Of a stretch of DNA of 64,000 nucleotides, positions 18,247 to 28,814 are shown in pieces. Positions within the stretch are counted from its first letter, which is position 1; each line of letters begins with the position of its first letter. Source of the DNA: Phycisphaerae bacterium (GTDB lineage: Bacteria; Planctomycetota; Phycisphaerae; SM23-33); contig PUND01000134.1 of assembly GCA_003551645.1 (NCBI GenBank), positions 6,781-70,780 on the forward strand. The letters are read 5' to 3'. The notes below the pieces were generated by a model that searched no databases, was not told the DNA's origin, and was given only the letters and a program-made list of their open reading frames with translations. Both the position numbers and the translations under genes were made by a program.

Positions 18247-18297
18247 CCGCCCCGGCCGCCGGCTGTATCGCCGCGAAAGATTCGACGAGTTGACAAG

Positions 18298-18906
18298 ATG
18301 AATCATAACCGAAAAAATCGATCCGCACAGCTGCGAGGGACCGCGCTGGCCGAGACCATAATGGTCATACCGATGTTGGGCTTCGTGCTGGCGTTGACGT
18401 TCTTTTTCGGCTGGGCGATGCGCAACCAGCAGGGTGTCCGACAGGCGGCGCACTACTCGGCATGGCGGCGCGTGTTACGGAACGAAGGCAGCAGCTCAAG
18501 CGACCTGAACCGCAAGTTCCTCTTCGACGCGGCCTCGCCGGTGGAAACCTCCGGAAGCAGGGCCGGTAAGCCGACCCTTGAGGACTACGCGGACTTCGCC
18601 CGAGGATTCAGCAAGCCGGCCGGACAGATGGTCCAGGAGACGGCCGTGGAAAACTATCCCCGCGGACACTCGTCGCGCGTGGCCGCGGAGTTTCCTTCGG
18701 ACGTGGGCCTCTGGCGGGCTTTCAGCGGCGCCATCCGCGCCCGCCACACGCGGGAGGGCGTCGAGTGGCGTCGGGGAGAGGCCTCGGTCGAACGGGCGGT
18801 CCGTGAACTGCATATGACAGGCATAGAACAGACGCTGGACAACATACCCCCGCCGGGTAACGTGCTCGCCGATCGCATACGCGACCTGTACCGTAGTCCC
18901 TGGTAG
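18298..18906 (+). CDS. tadE: TadE-family pilus assembly protein.
   Basis: A basic leader is followed by GTALAETIMVIPMLGFVLALTFFFGW. Confidence 0.65.
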   Translation: MNHNRKNRSAQLRGTALAETIMVIPMLGFVLALTFFFGWAMRNQQGVRQAAHYSAWRRVLRNEGSSSSDLNRKFLFDAASPVETSGSRAGKPTLEDYADFARGFSKPAGQMVQETAVENYPRGHSSRVAAEFPSDVGLWRAFSGAIRARHTREGVEWRRGEASVERAVRELHMTGIEQTLDNIPPPGNVLADRIRDLYRSPW

Positions 18907-18924
18907 CTTGCCCACCTTTGGCTC

Positions 18925-19527
18925 ATGACAGACGATGCGAACACCCCGCTGTCGGACAGCCGGCCCGCGGACGAAGAGACGCGAGCAAGGCGAATAGGGC
19001 CGGGGCTGCTGTTTGTATGTTTCCTGGTCGCGGGTGTCTTCGCGGCCTGGCAGGGGCATCGGATATGGTTCGCACCGGCGGCCGAGCCGGATGAGCGGGA
19101 TCTGACCGACCTGAGCATCCCGGCGACCGTGCCGGATGATGAACGGTTCCTGCATGAGCCGCTGTCGGTGGCGAACCTGACGCGGCTTGCCGATGAGCCG
19201 GGCGGCATAGCTCCGCCGCCCCAGGCCAGACGACTTCGTGCCTTCGAGCGAAGCGACGGGCGGCTGACAGAGCAGTTCGCCACCTATGAGCTGCCGGCGG
19301 AGTCGGCGTCGGCCGCCGTGGAGCACTACCGTGCGGTGCTGTCGGAAGCCGGCTTGGACCCGTTCGGTGAGGCCGAGAGCGACCACGGCCGCGTGCTGGT
19401 GTTCGGCCGTGATGAGACACAGGTTGTGGTCGGCTTGCGTGAGCGGGCCGAAAAAGAGAAGATAGACCTAACACTGAGCATAATGATGCCGGCCAAGCGT
19501 GCCGGTGAATCAGGAGAGGAGCCCTGA
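18925..19527 (+). CDS. Hypothetical membrane-anchored protein in the Tad locus.
   Basis: There is a single TM helix (GLLFVCFLVAGVFAAW). No motif was recognised. The assignment rests on position between tadE and cpaB. Confidence 0.4.
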   Translation: MTDDANTPLSDSRPADEETRARRIGPGLLFVCFLVAGVFAAWQGHRIWFAPAAEPDERDLTDLSIPATVPDDERFLHEPLSVANLTRLADEPGGIAPPPQARRLRAFERSDGRLTEQFATYELPAESASAAVEHYRAVLSEAGLDPFGEAESDHGRVLVFGRDETQVVVGLRERAEKEKIDLTLSIMMPAKRAGESGEEP

Positions 19528-20295
19528 ATGGCCGAGGAAGCCCCCGGGGTACAGAACAAGTGGCTGCTGGTTATAGCGGTCGTCATAGGTCTTGTCGTCG
19601 TTGCCCTGCACAACGTGCATGTGGGCGCGGTGCGCAGGCAGGCCAGAGGTCGTGAGCTTCAGCTTCTGCGGACCAGAGTGGACCTCGAGCCGGGCGCCCG
19701 TATCGAGCGGGCGGACCTGGAGGTCGTTACGATCCGCGAGGAAAACGCCGAGCCGTTCGGCAACGTGCTTACCGAAAGGGACATCGGAACCGCCGTCCGC
19801 GAGAACGTCAACCAGCGGATTCCGGCGGGGCGGTGGCTTACCTGGGAGCACTTTCTGGGCGAAGCCGCACGCAGGCCGGCCGAGAGCATCGACCCTGACA
19901 AGGTCAGTTGCGTCATCGACATCGACGGAAGCCCCGGCGAGCTGCTGACCGTCGGAGACCGGGTGAATGTCCTGGGTGTCTTCGCGGTGGGCGGCCGCGG
20001 GGCCCGGACGTACCGCGTGGTGGAAAGCGTACCTGTAATCGCCATCGACGGCCGGACCGAGCCGGGAACCAGGCGGACGAATTTCCGCCAGGTTCAGGTC
20101 ATCGTCGACCGCGAAGTTTCGCCGAAGCTCAAGAACGTGCTGACCCACAGGCGGGGCGAGGTCTGGCTTGAGGTGCTGCATCCGGAGGCGGGTATCCCCG
20201 AAGACGCCGGACAGATAAACCCCGAGCTTACGCCGCTGACCGAATCCGCCGCCGGGGACGAGCGCGGACAGATACAGGTCGAGAACGACTTTTAG
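19528..20295 (+). CDS. cpaB: CpaB/RcpC-family Flp pilus assembly protein.
   Basis: There is an N-terminal TM helix (WLLVIAVVIGLVVVAL) and a SAF-like region (RTRVDLEPGARIERADLEVVTIRE). The length of ~255 aa and the position before cpaF fit. Confidence 0.6.
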   Translation: MAEEAPGVQNKWLLVIAVVIGLVVVALHNVHVGAVRRQARGRELQLLRTRVDLEPGARIERADLEVVTIREENAEPFGNVLTERDIGTAVRENVNQRIPAGRWLTWEHFLGEAARRPAESIDPDKVSCVIDIDGSPGELLTVGDRVNVLGVFAVGGRGARTYRVVESVPVIAIDGRTEPGTRRTNFRQVQVIVDREVSPKLKNVLTHRRGEVWLEVLHPEAGIPEDAGQINPELTPLTESAAGDERGQIQVENDF

Positions 20296-20321
20296 AAACG
20301 CCGGCGACTTCGTGAGCAAGC

Positions 20322-22199
20322 ATGGAAATATGGGTATATAATCAGTACACCGACCAGCGCGACAGGGTCCAGGCCGACGGCGGAGAAATCAACATAGGCC
20401 GCGAGGACAACAACGACGTGGTCCTTCGCAGCCAGTTCGTGTCCCGACATCACGCCCGGATAGTCCGTGAGGGAAAGTCGTTCTTCATCGAGTCGCTTGG
20501 TCTTAACGGCACGATAGTGGCCAACGACCTTGTGCCCGCGCACCAGAAGCGGAAGCTCGGCTTTGGCGACGAGATCCGCATCGGCGAGTTCGTGCTGTAC
20601 ATGATGGAGCCGGCGGCCAGGCGGATCGGAACCGGCGAAAGGGCCGAGTCGCCGCGCAAGCGGGTTATCGACCTCGAGCAGCGGATGCACGCCGAACTGC
20701 TTGGGCTGCTGAACCTTCGCGTCACCGGCCAGCGCAGCGGCGCCGACGAACAGCACGTCAAGCTCATCAAGCGCCACCTGGCCGAGATTATCGAGAAACA
20801 CCGGGGCCAAATAGACGCCGAGATGACCGAGTATCTTGTCGGGGAATATCTCTGGCGTTGCGTGGTTACCGAGCTTGCCCGCCGTGCTACCGGCAAGCTG
20901 GTGTACAGCTACGGCTTCGAGGATACAGACGTGGTCTCGCCCCGCCACGAGGACGCGGTCAACAGGATGGTCGGCGACGTCATCAGCGCGTTTCCCCTGC
21001 GGCTTCGCCCGCATACCGTCAAGGATGACGTCGCGGCCGTCGAGAAGCACTGGGACGAGCAGTTGGAGTCGCTGAAAAACCGCATCAGCCCCGAATTGCG
21101 GGACTACATCGTCCGGAGGATGGTCTCAAAGGAGATCGAGGACGTCGTGCTCGGCTACGGGCCGCTGCAGGACCTGCTGGAGATGCCCAACGTCAACGAG
21201 ATTATGGTCGTGGGCAAGGACCGCATCTATGTCGAGAAGGACGGCGTTGTGCAGGACACCGGTAGGAGCTTTTTCACCGACGAGATCGTCCAGAGCGTCA
21301 TCGAACGTATCATAACGCCCATCGGCCGGCGTATAGACCGCTCCACCCCGCTGGTGGACGCCCGCCTGCCGGACGGCTCGCGGGTAAACGCCATCATCAA
21401 CCCGCTCAGTTTGTCCGGGCCGGTGCTGACCATCCGCAAATTCGCCCGCGTGCCGTTCACCATCGACGACCTCATCGAACAAGGCACGATGACCGAAAAC
21501 GTCGCCAATTTCCTCCGGGCTTGCGTCGTGGGGCGGAAGAACCTGATGATGTCTGGCGGAACCAGCAGCGGCAAGACCACCACGCTGAACGTGCTGGCGA
21601 ACTTTATCCCGCCGGAAGAGCGGATAATCACCATCGAGGAATCGGCCGAGCTGCAACTGCCACAGGAGCACTTGGTCCGCCTGGAGACACGCCCGGCGAA
21701 CATCGAGGGCCGCGGTGCCTACAGCATTCGCGAGCTGGTCCGCAACGCGCTGCGGATGCGTCCGGACCGGATTATCGTCGGCGAGGTTCGCGGGCCTGAG
21801 GCACTGGACATGCTCCAGGCGATGAACACCGGGCACGACGGCTCGCTGAGCACCATTCACGCGAACAATCCGGTCGATACACTGATGCGTATCGAGACGA
21901 TGGTGCTCATGGCGGTGGAGATGCCGGTTCGCGCCATCCGTGAGCAGATAGTCGCGGCGCTGGATCTGACCGTCCAGATAGCCCGGTTCGCCGGCGGGCA
22001 GCGGCGCGTAACCCACGTCTCGGAGATTACCGGAATCGACCCGGACACCGGACGAGCGATGACCGAGGATATCTTCGCCATGCGGTCGGCCGACGAAAGG
22101 GGACGAGGCGAGGGCAACATCAGGCACACCGGATACATACCCACCTTTGCCGACGAGCTGGTGGGTAAGGGTCTGCTGGATGTGGAGGTGTTTACGTGA
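20322..22199 (+). CDS. cpaF: CpaF/TadA-family Tad pilus ATPase with an N-terminal FHA domain.
   Basis: The FHA domain is [51 protein letters not shown]. Walker A is [15 protein letters not shown]. The family regions [31 protein letters not shown] are present. Confidence 0.85.
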   Translation: MEIWVYNQYTDQRDRVQADGGEINIGREDNNDVVLRSQFVSRHHARIVREGKSFFIESLGLNGTIVANDLVPAHQKRKLGFGDEIRIGEFVLYMMEPAARRIGTGERAESPRKRVIDLEQRMHAELLGLLNLRVTGQRSGADEQHVKLIKRHLAEIIEKHRGQIDAEMTEYLVGEYLWRCVVTELARRATGKLVYSYGFEDTDVVSPRHEDAVNRMVGDVISAFPLRLRPHTVKDDVAAVEKHWDEQLESLKNRISPELRDYIVRRMVSKEIEDVVLGYGPLQDLLEMPNVNEIMVVGKDRIYVEKDGVVQDTGRSFFTDEIVQSVIERIITPIGRRIDRSTPLVDARLPDGSRVNAIINPLSLSGPVLTIRKFARVPFTIDDLIEQGTMTENVANFLRACVVGRKNLMMSGGTSSGKTTTLNVLANFIPPEERIITIEESAELQLPQEHLVRLETRPANIEGRGAYSIRELVRNALRMRPDRIIVGEVRGPEALDMLQAMNTGHDGSLSTIHANNPVDTLMRIETMVLMAVEMPVRAIREQIVAALDLTVQIARFAGGQRRVTHVSEITGIDPDTGRAMTEDIFAMRSADERGRGEGNIRHTGYIPTFADELVGKGLLDVEVFT

Positions 22200-23065
22200 G
22201 CGAGGCGTTGGTTATTTCGCCGGCTGTAACCGATCTGGTGCTCAGCGGAGTCATGTTCGCCGCGATGTTGCTGGCGGTGGTTATAGGCCTGAGGCCTCTG
22301 CAGCGGCTGGTGCGACACCAGGAGCAGCAGTTCGACCGGGTGCTTCGGGGGCAGTTGCTGATGGACATCAAACCGCGCTCGGCAACGGTGGCCACGGTGT
22401 TCTTCGTCGTGCTCTGCGGCGCGGTGGGATACCTTCTGCTCCAGAGCATGGTCGCGGTTTTACTCTTCGCCGTGGGTGGGACGGTGGCGCCGGTTCTGGC
22501 GCTGAGGTGGCTTCGCGCCCGCCGCATACAAAAGCTGGAAAGTCAGCTTGTCGAGGGCATACACACCCTGGCCGCCGGTGTCCGCGCCGGGCTTAACCTT
22601 GTGCAGTCGCTGGAGCTGGTCGCCCGCGACGGGCCTGTTCCGCTGAAGCAGGAGTTCAGCCACCTGATTCGCGAGTACGAGTACGGCACGCCGCTTGACC
22701 AGGCCATGGACAACGCCGGCACGCGGATCGGCTCGGGCGATTTCCGCCTGCTTTTCAGCGCCCTGCAGACCCACCGCGAGCGGGGCGGCGATCTGGGCGA
22801 TACGCTGGATCGCATCGCTGCCAGCATTCGCGAGATTCAGCGTCTGGAAAGCCGCGTCGAGGCCCTGACCGCCGAGGGGCGGGTCACAGCCAGGGTCCTG
22901 GCTGGTTTCCCCGCGGTCGTGCTGGGCATCATTTATCTGATAGACGCAGCGCCGGTGTCGCTGCTGTTTACCGACACGGTGGGCAAGGCCATACTGACCG
23001 CGATAGTGGTGCTTAACGTTTTGAGCTTCCTGTGGATTCGCCGTATTGTGGCCATCGACATCTGA
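22196..23065 (+). CDS. tadB: TadB (T2SS-F/GspF-like inner-membrane platform protein).
   Basis: It is polytopic, with a T2SSF-type cytoplasmic domain (IREYEYGTPLDQAMDNAGTRIGSGDFRLLFSALQTHRERGGDL). Its start overlaps the cpaF stop (GTGA). Confidence 0.75.
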   Translation: MSEALVISPAVTDLVLSGVMFAAMLLAVVIGLRPLQRLVRHQEQQFDRVLRGQLLMDIKPRSATVATVFFVVLCGAVGYLLLQSMVAVLLFAVGGTVAPVLALRWLRARRIQKLESQLVEGIHTLAAGVRAGLNLVQSLELVARDGPVPLKQEFSHLIREYEYGTPLDQAMDNAGTRIGSGDFRLLFSALQTHRERGGDLGDTLDRIAASIREIQRLESRVEALTAEGRVTARVLAGFPAVVLGIIYLIDAAPVSLLFTDTVGKAILTAIVVLNVLSFLWIRRIVAIDI

Positions 23066-23066
23066 A

Positions 23067-24008
23067 ATGCCTAACAGCACATACATCATGGTCGCCGGAG
23101 TCGGCATTGGTCTTATGGACGTGCTCTTGTCGGTCGGCATATTCGCGGCGGTTACGCTGCTGATTGTGGGCGTGTTCAGCCAGCCGGGCCGCATCCAGCG
23201 CAGCGCCGAGCGGGAGGCCGCCATCGCCACCGGCCACACCGACCGCAAGACGGTCTTTGAAAGCGCCGCACTGCGCCCGCTGATGTGGCTGCTGCTGGCA
23301 CTGGGCCATCGCCTGGCCATTCCGCGGACCAAAGACTGGATCCGCCGCAAGCTTATCGCCGGCGGCAACCCCAACTACCACACGCCGGAGGAGTACGTGG
23401 CGCTGTCGTTGCTTACCGGCATTGCGCTGATGGTGGTTCTGGAAGCGCTTCACCTGGTGCTGACCGGGCAGCTTTCGATCTTCCTGGGAGTGGTGGGGTT
23501 TGTCGGAGGCGTGCTGCTGTCGGTTTACCAGCTTCACGACCGGGCCGCCAAGAGGGTCCGCGAGATATCCAAGCGACTGCCTTACACGCTGGATTTGATA
23601 TCCCTGGCGATGGGGGCCGGAGCGACGTTCACCGAGGCCGCCCAGACCGTCGTCCGCGAGAACGTGGAAGACCCCCTTAACGTCGAACTGAAGTCGATGC
23701 TGGCCGAGATAGACCTCGGGGCGACCCGCAGGCGGGCGCTTCAGAACCTCGCGGCGCGGATACCACTGTCGGCCCTGCACAGCATCATCGCCAGCATCAT
23801 CCAGGCCGAGGAGCTTGGCACGCCGCTGAGCGATGTGCTCCACGACCAGTCGGCATTGCTTCGTCAGCGTCGGTGGGTCCGCGCCGAGAACGCCGCGGCC
23901 GCCGCCGGCGTCAAGATACTCGTGCCCTGTCTGCTGCTGGTGATGGCGGTCATGCTGGCGGTATTCGGGCCTTTTATTGTTAAGTTCATCAGGGGCGACC
24001 TTTTCTGA
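23067..24008 (+). CDS. tadC: TadC (T2SS-F-like inner-membrane platform protein).
   Basis: The T2SSF domain reads LPYTLDLISLAMGAGATFTEAAQTVVREN...ALHSIIASIIQAEELGTPLSDVL. The ATG at 23067 directly follows the tadB stop. Confidence 0.75.
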   Translation: MPNSTYIMVAGVGIGLMDVLLSVGIFAAVTLLIVGVFSQPGRIQRSAEREAAIATGHTDRKTVFESAALRPLMWLLLALGHRLAIPRTKDWIRRKLIAGGNPNYHTPEEYVALSLLTGIALMVVLEALHLVLTGQLSIFLGVVGFVGGVLLSVYQLHDRAAKRVREISKRLPYTLDLISLAMGAGATFTEAAQTVVRENVEDPLNVELKSMLAEIDLGATRRRALQNLAARIPLSALHSIIASIIQAEELGTPLSDVLHDQSALLRQRRWVRAENAAAAAGVKILVPCLLLVMAVMLAVFGPFIVKFIRGDLF

Positions 24009-25144
24009 TGGCCAAGAGCAGACCATACCTCGTTTTCGTCTCCGGCCCGCAAGAGGGCTGGCGCGTCATGCTGCACTCGCGCCCGATGGAGGCCGGCCGG
24101 GTTCCCACGGCCGATATACAGCTTACCGAGAACTACTCCTCGCGAAGGCAGATGTTGTTTCGTCGCCGGGGCGATGAGTGGACAGTGGAAAATCTTTCCA
24201 CCAACGGTACGCGCATAAACGGACGCAACTACCGCGAGGGACAGCAGATTATCCTCGGTACCGGCGACCTTATCGGTATCGGCGCCGAGACGCGAATCCT
24301 CTACGTCGGCCCTGAAGATGACCCGGACGAGGTCCTGCGGCAGTGGCACGAGGACCACGAAACCGGGACCGAAGCCGAGCAGGGGGAGACCGGCGAGCAG
24401 CCGGCCGACGCCGAGAAGCCCCAACCAGCCCCGACTCCCGCAGCCGACAACGGCGATGCGCCGGTAACCGGACGACTGCCCACCGGGCCGCTGACGTCCG
24501 ACCTGTCGGCGCCTGGAAGCGAGCAGGAAGAGGAAGACGCCGAAGAGGCCGACCGGGAACGGTCCGCCAAGCGGAAGAAGTACCTGATGTTCGCCATGGT
24601 GTACGGCGTGGGGTTTATCGTCCTGCTGGCGGTTCTGTACTCGCTGCGGGGCGACGGCGGGACACTGGAGCCGACGGGCATGCCGCCGGTGTTGGGCGAG
24701 GAGGACATCCGCGACGCCATCGAGACATCACTGCGCAGACCGGCCAACCCGAGCCGAGGCGTTGAGATGCTGGAAAGAGCCGAGATGTATTACTACGACC
24801 GCCACCTGCGGGAAGGAAACCTCTATCGGGCGGTCAAGTGCTTCAAGCTCCACCTGGCGTACGCAGGCAGGAGCGACTTCGCCGAGCTGAAGCACTCGCG
24901 AATGCACCGGGACGCGACGCAGGAACTGGCCCGCATGGTCACAGACCAGTACCGCCACGCCTATCGCCTGCTTCGCAACCGCGACTGGTCGGCCGCCGAC
25001 GATGCCTTCCGACGACTCCAGCGGATCTACCCCGCCGCCGGCGAGCCGGAACCCCGCAGCACCGATCCTGTGATGAACCCGGAAGGCCCCGTCTGGTCAA
25101 ACATCGTCGAGCATTTGACCTACATCCGTCGAAGGACCGACTGA
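24008..25144 (+). CDS. FHA-domain protein with an acidic linker, a TM helix and a C-terminal helical domain.
   Basis: The N-terminus YLVFVSGPQEGWRVMLHSRPMEAGRVPTADIQLTENYSSRRQMLFRRRGDEWTVENLSTNGTRINGRNY is an FHA fold. The TM helix is YLMFAMVYGVGFIVLLAVLY. Confidence 0.7.
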   Translation: MAKSRPYLVFVSGPQEGWRVMLHSRPMEAGRVPTADIQLTENYSSRRQMLFRRRGDEWTVENLSTNGTRINGRNYREGQQIILGTGDLIGIGAETRILYVGPEDDPDEVLRQWHEDHETGTEAEQGETGEQPADAEKPQPAPTPAADNGDAPVTGRLPTGPLTSDLSAPGSEQEEEDAEEADRERSAKRKKYLMFAMVYGVGFIVLLAVLYSLRGDGGTLEPTGMPPVLGEEDIRDAIETSLRRPANPSRGVEMLERAEMYYYDRHLREGNLYRAVKCFKLHLAYAGRSDFAELKHSRMHRDATQELARMVTDQYRHAYRLLRNRDWSAADDAFRRLQRIYPAAGEPEPRSTDPVMNPEGPVWSNIVEHLTYIRRRTD

Positions 25145-25155
25145 AGGCGGCCGGT

Positions 25156-26958
25156 TCAGTACACGCGCGTGGGGTCAAAGCCCAGCTTGCCCGGCCCTGA
25201 GGTGCGGCCCGTGAGTATGTCCGCGGCGGCGCTGATCGACTCGGTCGTGGGGCTGAACGTGACGACTACGTTTCGGGCCGGTTCCGGAACCAGCATCGGG
25301 TAGGGGCAGTTGCACACAAGCACCGTCGGCTTTTTCAACGATTCGATACGCTCGAGATCGGCGCGCGGGCTGCGGCGGCCGCGGTCGTACCAGCCGGTAT
25401 GGACGATAACGTCTGCGTGGGAGGCGCGTTCGGTAATCGCCGGCCAGGCGCGGTCGAGCCGGCCGGCGTCGTAGTCGGTATAGATCGCATCCACGCCGCG
25501 TGCGAGCAGGGCCTCGAACAGCGAGCCGCAGTGGGCGTGGGCGCTGCCGTGCAGCAGGTGCATGCCGTGGGGTTGTTCGATTACCAGCACCCGCGAGTCG
25601 GCGGGCAGTGACGTTGCCAGGCCGTCGTCGCGGAGCACCACGGCCGAGCCAGCGGCGGCCTCGGCGGCGATTTCGGCGTTTCGTGGATTTCGCAGCGACT
25701 CCTCGGCCGCCTGCGGGTCCACGATGCCCATCTCGCCGCTCAGAAGCCCGTGCTCATCCTTGACCGTCAGGACGCGGCGGACCGATTCGTCCACTCTGGA
25801 TTCACTGATCCGCCCGCTCCTGACCGCCTCCAGCAGCGCCTTGTACACCTCGCCGCGGAGTGCATTTTCATCCTTCAGCAGAATCACGTCCACCCCCGCC
25901 TCGATAGAGCGGACGGCCGCTTCGGGAACCTCGTAGCGGGCGACCAGCCCGCCCATGGTGAACGAGTCGGTGATGATAACACCGTCGAAGCCCAGCTCCC
26001 GCCGAAGCACGCCGGTGACGATGGGTCCGGACAGCGTGGAGACCTCGTGCGAGCCGTCCAGCGCCGGGTAAACCGAGTGAGCCAGCATCACCGCGGGCAG
26101 CCCGGCCTCTATCAGAGCGCGGTAAGGCGCCAGATGCACGCCACGCATGCGATCGTCGGATTCCTCGATAATCGGCACATCGTGGTGGGCGTCCAGGGCC
26201 GAGTGCCCGCGCCCCGGGAAGTGCTTGGCCGTGGCGACCAGTCGGCCTTCACGATAGCCGGTGATGGTCTGGGTTGCCATCTCGGCCACGAGCTCCGGAA
26301 GGGGACCGTAGCTCCGCGTGCCGATCTCCGGGTTCGACGGGTCGGTGTTCACGTCCACGCAGGGCGAGTGGACCCAGTCTATGCCGATGGGCTTGAGCTG
26401 ATCGGCCGTCGCCCGTCCGACCCGGCGGCACAGCGACGGGTCGTCCGCGGCGGCCAGCCCCATCGGGTGCGGAAAGCTGAACGCCCCGCGCGGCAGGAAG
26501 TCGGCGCTGCCGTTGCCCTCGAAATCCAGCGAGAAGTACAGCGGCACCCCCGCGCCGGTCTCCAGCGAGCGACGGCGGAGCGTGTTGAGCACATCGGCGT
26601 ACTCGGCCGCCGAGCACCGCACCGGCCCGGCCGAGGAGTTGTAAACACGTTCGCGGAGTTCCGGGTCGCGTCGGACGCGGGCGACTCCGGGGTGGTCGTC
26701 GCTTAGGTAGCGGACGAACTTCTTCGCGTAGGGCGTAACCCGGAAGCCGGCCGGGTGGTACCTCTCGATGACCTCCACGATGTCCGGATGCGGGTACGTC
26801 CCGCAGAAGCCGTAGCAGAGCATCTGCCCGACCCTCTCGCGGAGGTCCATCCTGCCCAGAAAAGCATCGACTGTCCTGCTCATAAGCTTATGGCTCCGAC
26901 CAGGAAGGATTCTTACATCCGTGAATACGGGGTGCGGAATCCGAAATCCCAAACTCAA
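25156..26958 (-). CDS. Glycoside hydrolase family 3 protein (NagZ / beta-hexosaminidase-like N-domain plus a C-terminal domain).
   Basis: The GH3 signature KHFPGRGHSALDAHHDVPII is present, along with conserved GH3 N-terminal blocks (VGQMLCYGF..., GIDWVHSPCVDVNTDPSNPEIGTRSYG). Confidence 0.75.
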   Translation of the reverse strand: MSLGFRIPHPVFTDVRILPGRSHKLMSRTVDAFLGRMDLRERVGQMLCYGFCGTYPHPDIVEVIERYHPAGFRVTPYAKKFVRYLSDDHPGVARVRRDPELRERVYNSSAGPVRCSAAEYADVLNTLRRRSLETGAGVPLYFSLDFEGNGSADFLPRGAFSFPHPMGLAAADDPSLCRRVGRATADQLKPIGIDWVHSPCVDVNTDPSNPEIGTRSYGPLPELVAEMATQTITGYREGRLVATAKHFPGRGHSALDAHHDVPIIEESDDRMRGVHLAPYRALIEAGLPAVMLAHSVYPALDGSHEVSTLSGPIVTGVLRRELGFDGVIITDSFTMGGLVARYEVPEAAVRSIEAGVDVILLKDENALRGEVYKALLEAVRSGRISESRVDESVRRVLTVKDEHGLLSGEMGIVDPQAAEESLRNPRNAEIAAEAAAGSAVVLRDDGLATSLPADSRVLVIEQPHGMHLLHGSAHAHCGSLFEALLARGVDAIYTDYDAGRLDRAWPAITERASHADVIVHTGWYDRGRRSPRADLERIESLKKPTVLVCNCPYPMLVPEPARNVVVTFSPTTESISAAADILTGRTSGPGKLGFDPTRVY

Positions 26959-27268
26959 AACAAATCGAAAATCAGAAGCACGAATATTCCAAACAATTTC
27001 CGCAGCCCGAACATGGCCGTCATTTCGATTTTGCTTCGCACTCCGCTCCGCCCTGCATAGCGGCTACGCAGAGCAGGGTTTCGTATTTCGTGCTTGCCTT
27101 ATGTCGGCGCAATAATAAACGGGCGCCGCTGAATGTCCAGCGCATGGGGACAGGCGGAAGTTCCCCCGTGTCTCCGCCTGACGGCGTCGCCAGGGGCTAC
27201 TCTCAACCATCCCCTGAACCTGATCTGGCCGTCGGCATTCGATACACCAGTGTCGGCCCCGACGCCGT

Positions 27269-28006
27269 TTATCGTCCGCGTCGGGGTCCGCGAGGCGTTA
27301 TGCCGCGCTGCTCCATTCGCTCGCGAAGCGCCCTCATGAACTCGCTGAAGCGGGCTCGGTTCTCGGGGTCGCTGTGTTCGATTCTCCTTTTCATCCGCTC
27401 GGCCATTTCGGCCGTGGTCCGGCCTCGTCGCCGACCTTCGCCCCGGGACGGGCTTTCGTCGTCACGGGCCGCGGATGTGCGGTCCTGTCGGTCGGTCGTC
27501 CCTGACCGTGCATCGTCGCCGGTGGGGCGCATCGGACGCTCCCGCATCCGGTCGATTATCCGGTCCAGGTACTCCCCACGCTCTTCGGGCGGAAGCTCGA
27601 AGTAGTCATCCATCACCTGTTCCTGCATCTGTCGCATCCGCTGCCGTCCCGCGTCGGCCATGTTGCGGGATAACTGCTCCCGCTGCTCGTCGCTCAGCCC
27701 CTCGGCCCGGAAAACCTGCCGCATATCCAGCCGCCCCTCTTCACGGGCGCGGGTCAGGTAGTCCTGTTTCTGGGAGTCGCTGAGCTTGGCGAAGCTCTCC
27801 GAGGCGACGTATTCCAGGACCTGTTCGGAAGTCTGTTTGGCCGGGTCCGGCGGTCCTCTGAAGCCCGCCCACAGAATCACCGCCCCGGCCGCCACCACCA
27901 CAACCACGGCGGCGGACGCCACCCAGGCCTTCCGCCGGGACACTAACTTGAGAAAGCCGTTGATGCTCATGTCGTCACTCCAGGTCGCCGACATGCCCGT
28001 CGGCAA
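27269..28006 (-). CDS. Hypothetical membrane-anchored, highly charged protein, possibly a Spy/CpxP-like periplasmic helical protein.
   Basis: An N-terminal TM helix is followed by an E/R/D/Q-rich helical sequence (LTRAREEG..., [31 protein letters not shown]). The opposite-strand ORF (27090-27605) is Arg/Ser-rich junk. Confidence 0.4.
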   Translation of the reverse strand: MPTGMSATWSDDMSINGFLKLVSRRKAWVASAAVVVVVAAGAVILWAGFRGPPDPAKQTSEQVLEYVASESFAKLSDSQKQDYLTRAREEGRLDMRQVFRAEGLSDEQREQLSRNMADAGRQRMRQMQEQVMDDYFELPPEERGEYLDRIIDRMRERPMRPTGDDARSGTTDRQDRTSAARDDESPSRGEGRRRGRTTAEMAERMKRRIEHSDPENRARFSEFMRALRERMEQRGITPRGPRRGR

Positions 28007-28544
28007 AGAGGTAGTTCATCGCGCCGGCCGTGCCGGGCGGTCCGTGGAACGGCTCGTAGTCGTTCATCACCGGCCTGCGGTCCAGGCCCATGCGCTGACT
28101 GAGGAAGTCTTCGGACACCCTGCGTCCGCCGAGCGTACTATGATACTCGTAGCTCGACCCCTCCCGAAGGTAGTACTTCTGGTCCGGATCGGCCGGGCAG
28201 CGCAGGGTCTCGGGCCTGGACAGAAACTGCCCAAGCACCTCGGCGATAGGCGGCGAGTCGGTCAGGCCCAGCGAGGGCATCTGTGCGGCCTCGGGCATGA
28301 AGTCCCGGGACTCGTTAAGATACATCTGGAGACCGGCGCCGACGGCATGAAGGTTGGTTGCGCAAGTCGTGCGTCTAGCGGCCTCTCTGGCCTGGCCTAT
28401 CGCGGGCAGGAGGATGCCCATCAACAGGGCAATGATGGTGATGACCATCAGCAGCTCGATCAGCGTAAAGGCCTTCCGACGACGGCCACAGGCCGTTCCG
28501 ATATGTCCTTGTTTTCTCACTGGAGCGCCTCCCGTCTTGCGCAT
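27975..28544 (-). CDS. DUF1559 / prepilin-type N-terminal cleavage-methylation domain protein (Planctomycete 'H-X9-DG' family).
   Basis: The pilin-like N-terminus is [25 protein letters not shown]. The C-terminal H-X9-DG motif is ...[12 protein letters not shown]. The start was taken at the internal Met (MRKTGG...); the track ORF extends to 28724. Confidence 0.7.
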   Translation of the reverse strand: MRKTGGAPVRKQGHIGTACGRRRKAFTLIELLMVITIIALLMGILLPAIGQAREAARRTTCATNLHAVGAGLQMYLNESRDFMPEAAQMPSLGLTDSPPIAEVLGQFLSRPETLRCPADPDQKYYLREGSSYEYHSTLGGRRVSEDFLSQRMGLDRRPVMNDYEPFHGPPGTAGAMNYLFADGHVGDLE

Positions 28545-28814
28545 TGGTATAACGCAATAGCCCGTCGCATATTGCATGCGGTTGTGGCCTGGCGGTCGGG
28601 GCGGCCCTGCCAAAGCGGCTTTTTTGACAGTCCGGCCCCGCCGTTCTGGCACGCGCGGGCCATTATTCGCTGAGGATAAGTTCCTTATATAAATGATATT
28701 GTGGTAAAGGCACGGAGATTGCAAGGATGTCTAGAGGAATGTGCGCGTAGAATACGCGATGGAAGGGTTTGGGATTTTTCCGGCACTGAGGCACAAAACA
28801 GAAGGCGACGAGTT

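Noticed and set aside
28545-28814. A CIRCE (HrcA) element or sigma32 promoter upstream of dnaK.
   Set aside because: No TTAGCACTC-N9-GAGTGCTAA inverted repeat and no TTGAAA...CCCCAT pair was seen by eye. Only an AT-rich TATAAAT-containing stretch is present. That is not enough to annotate.
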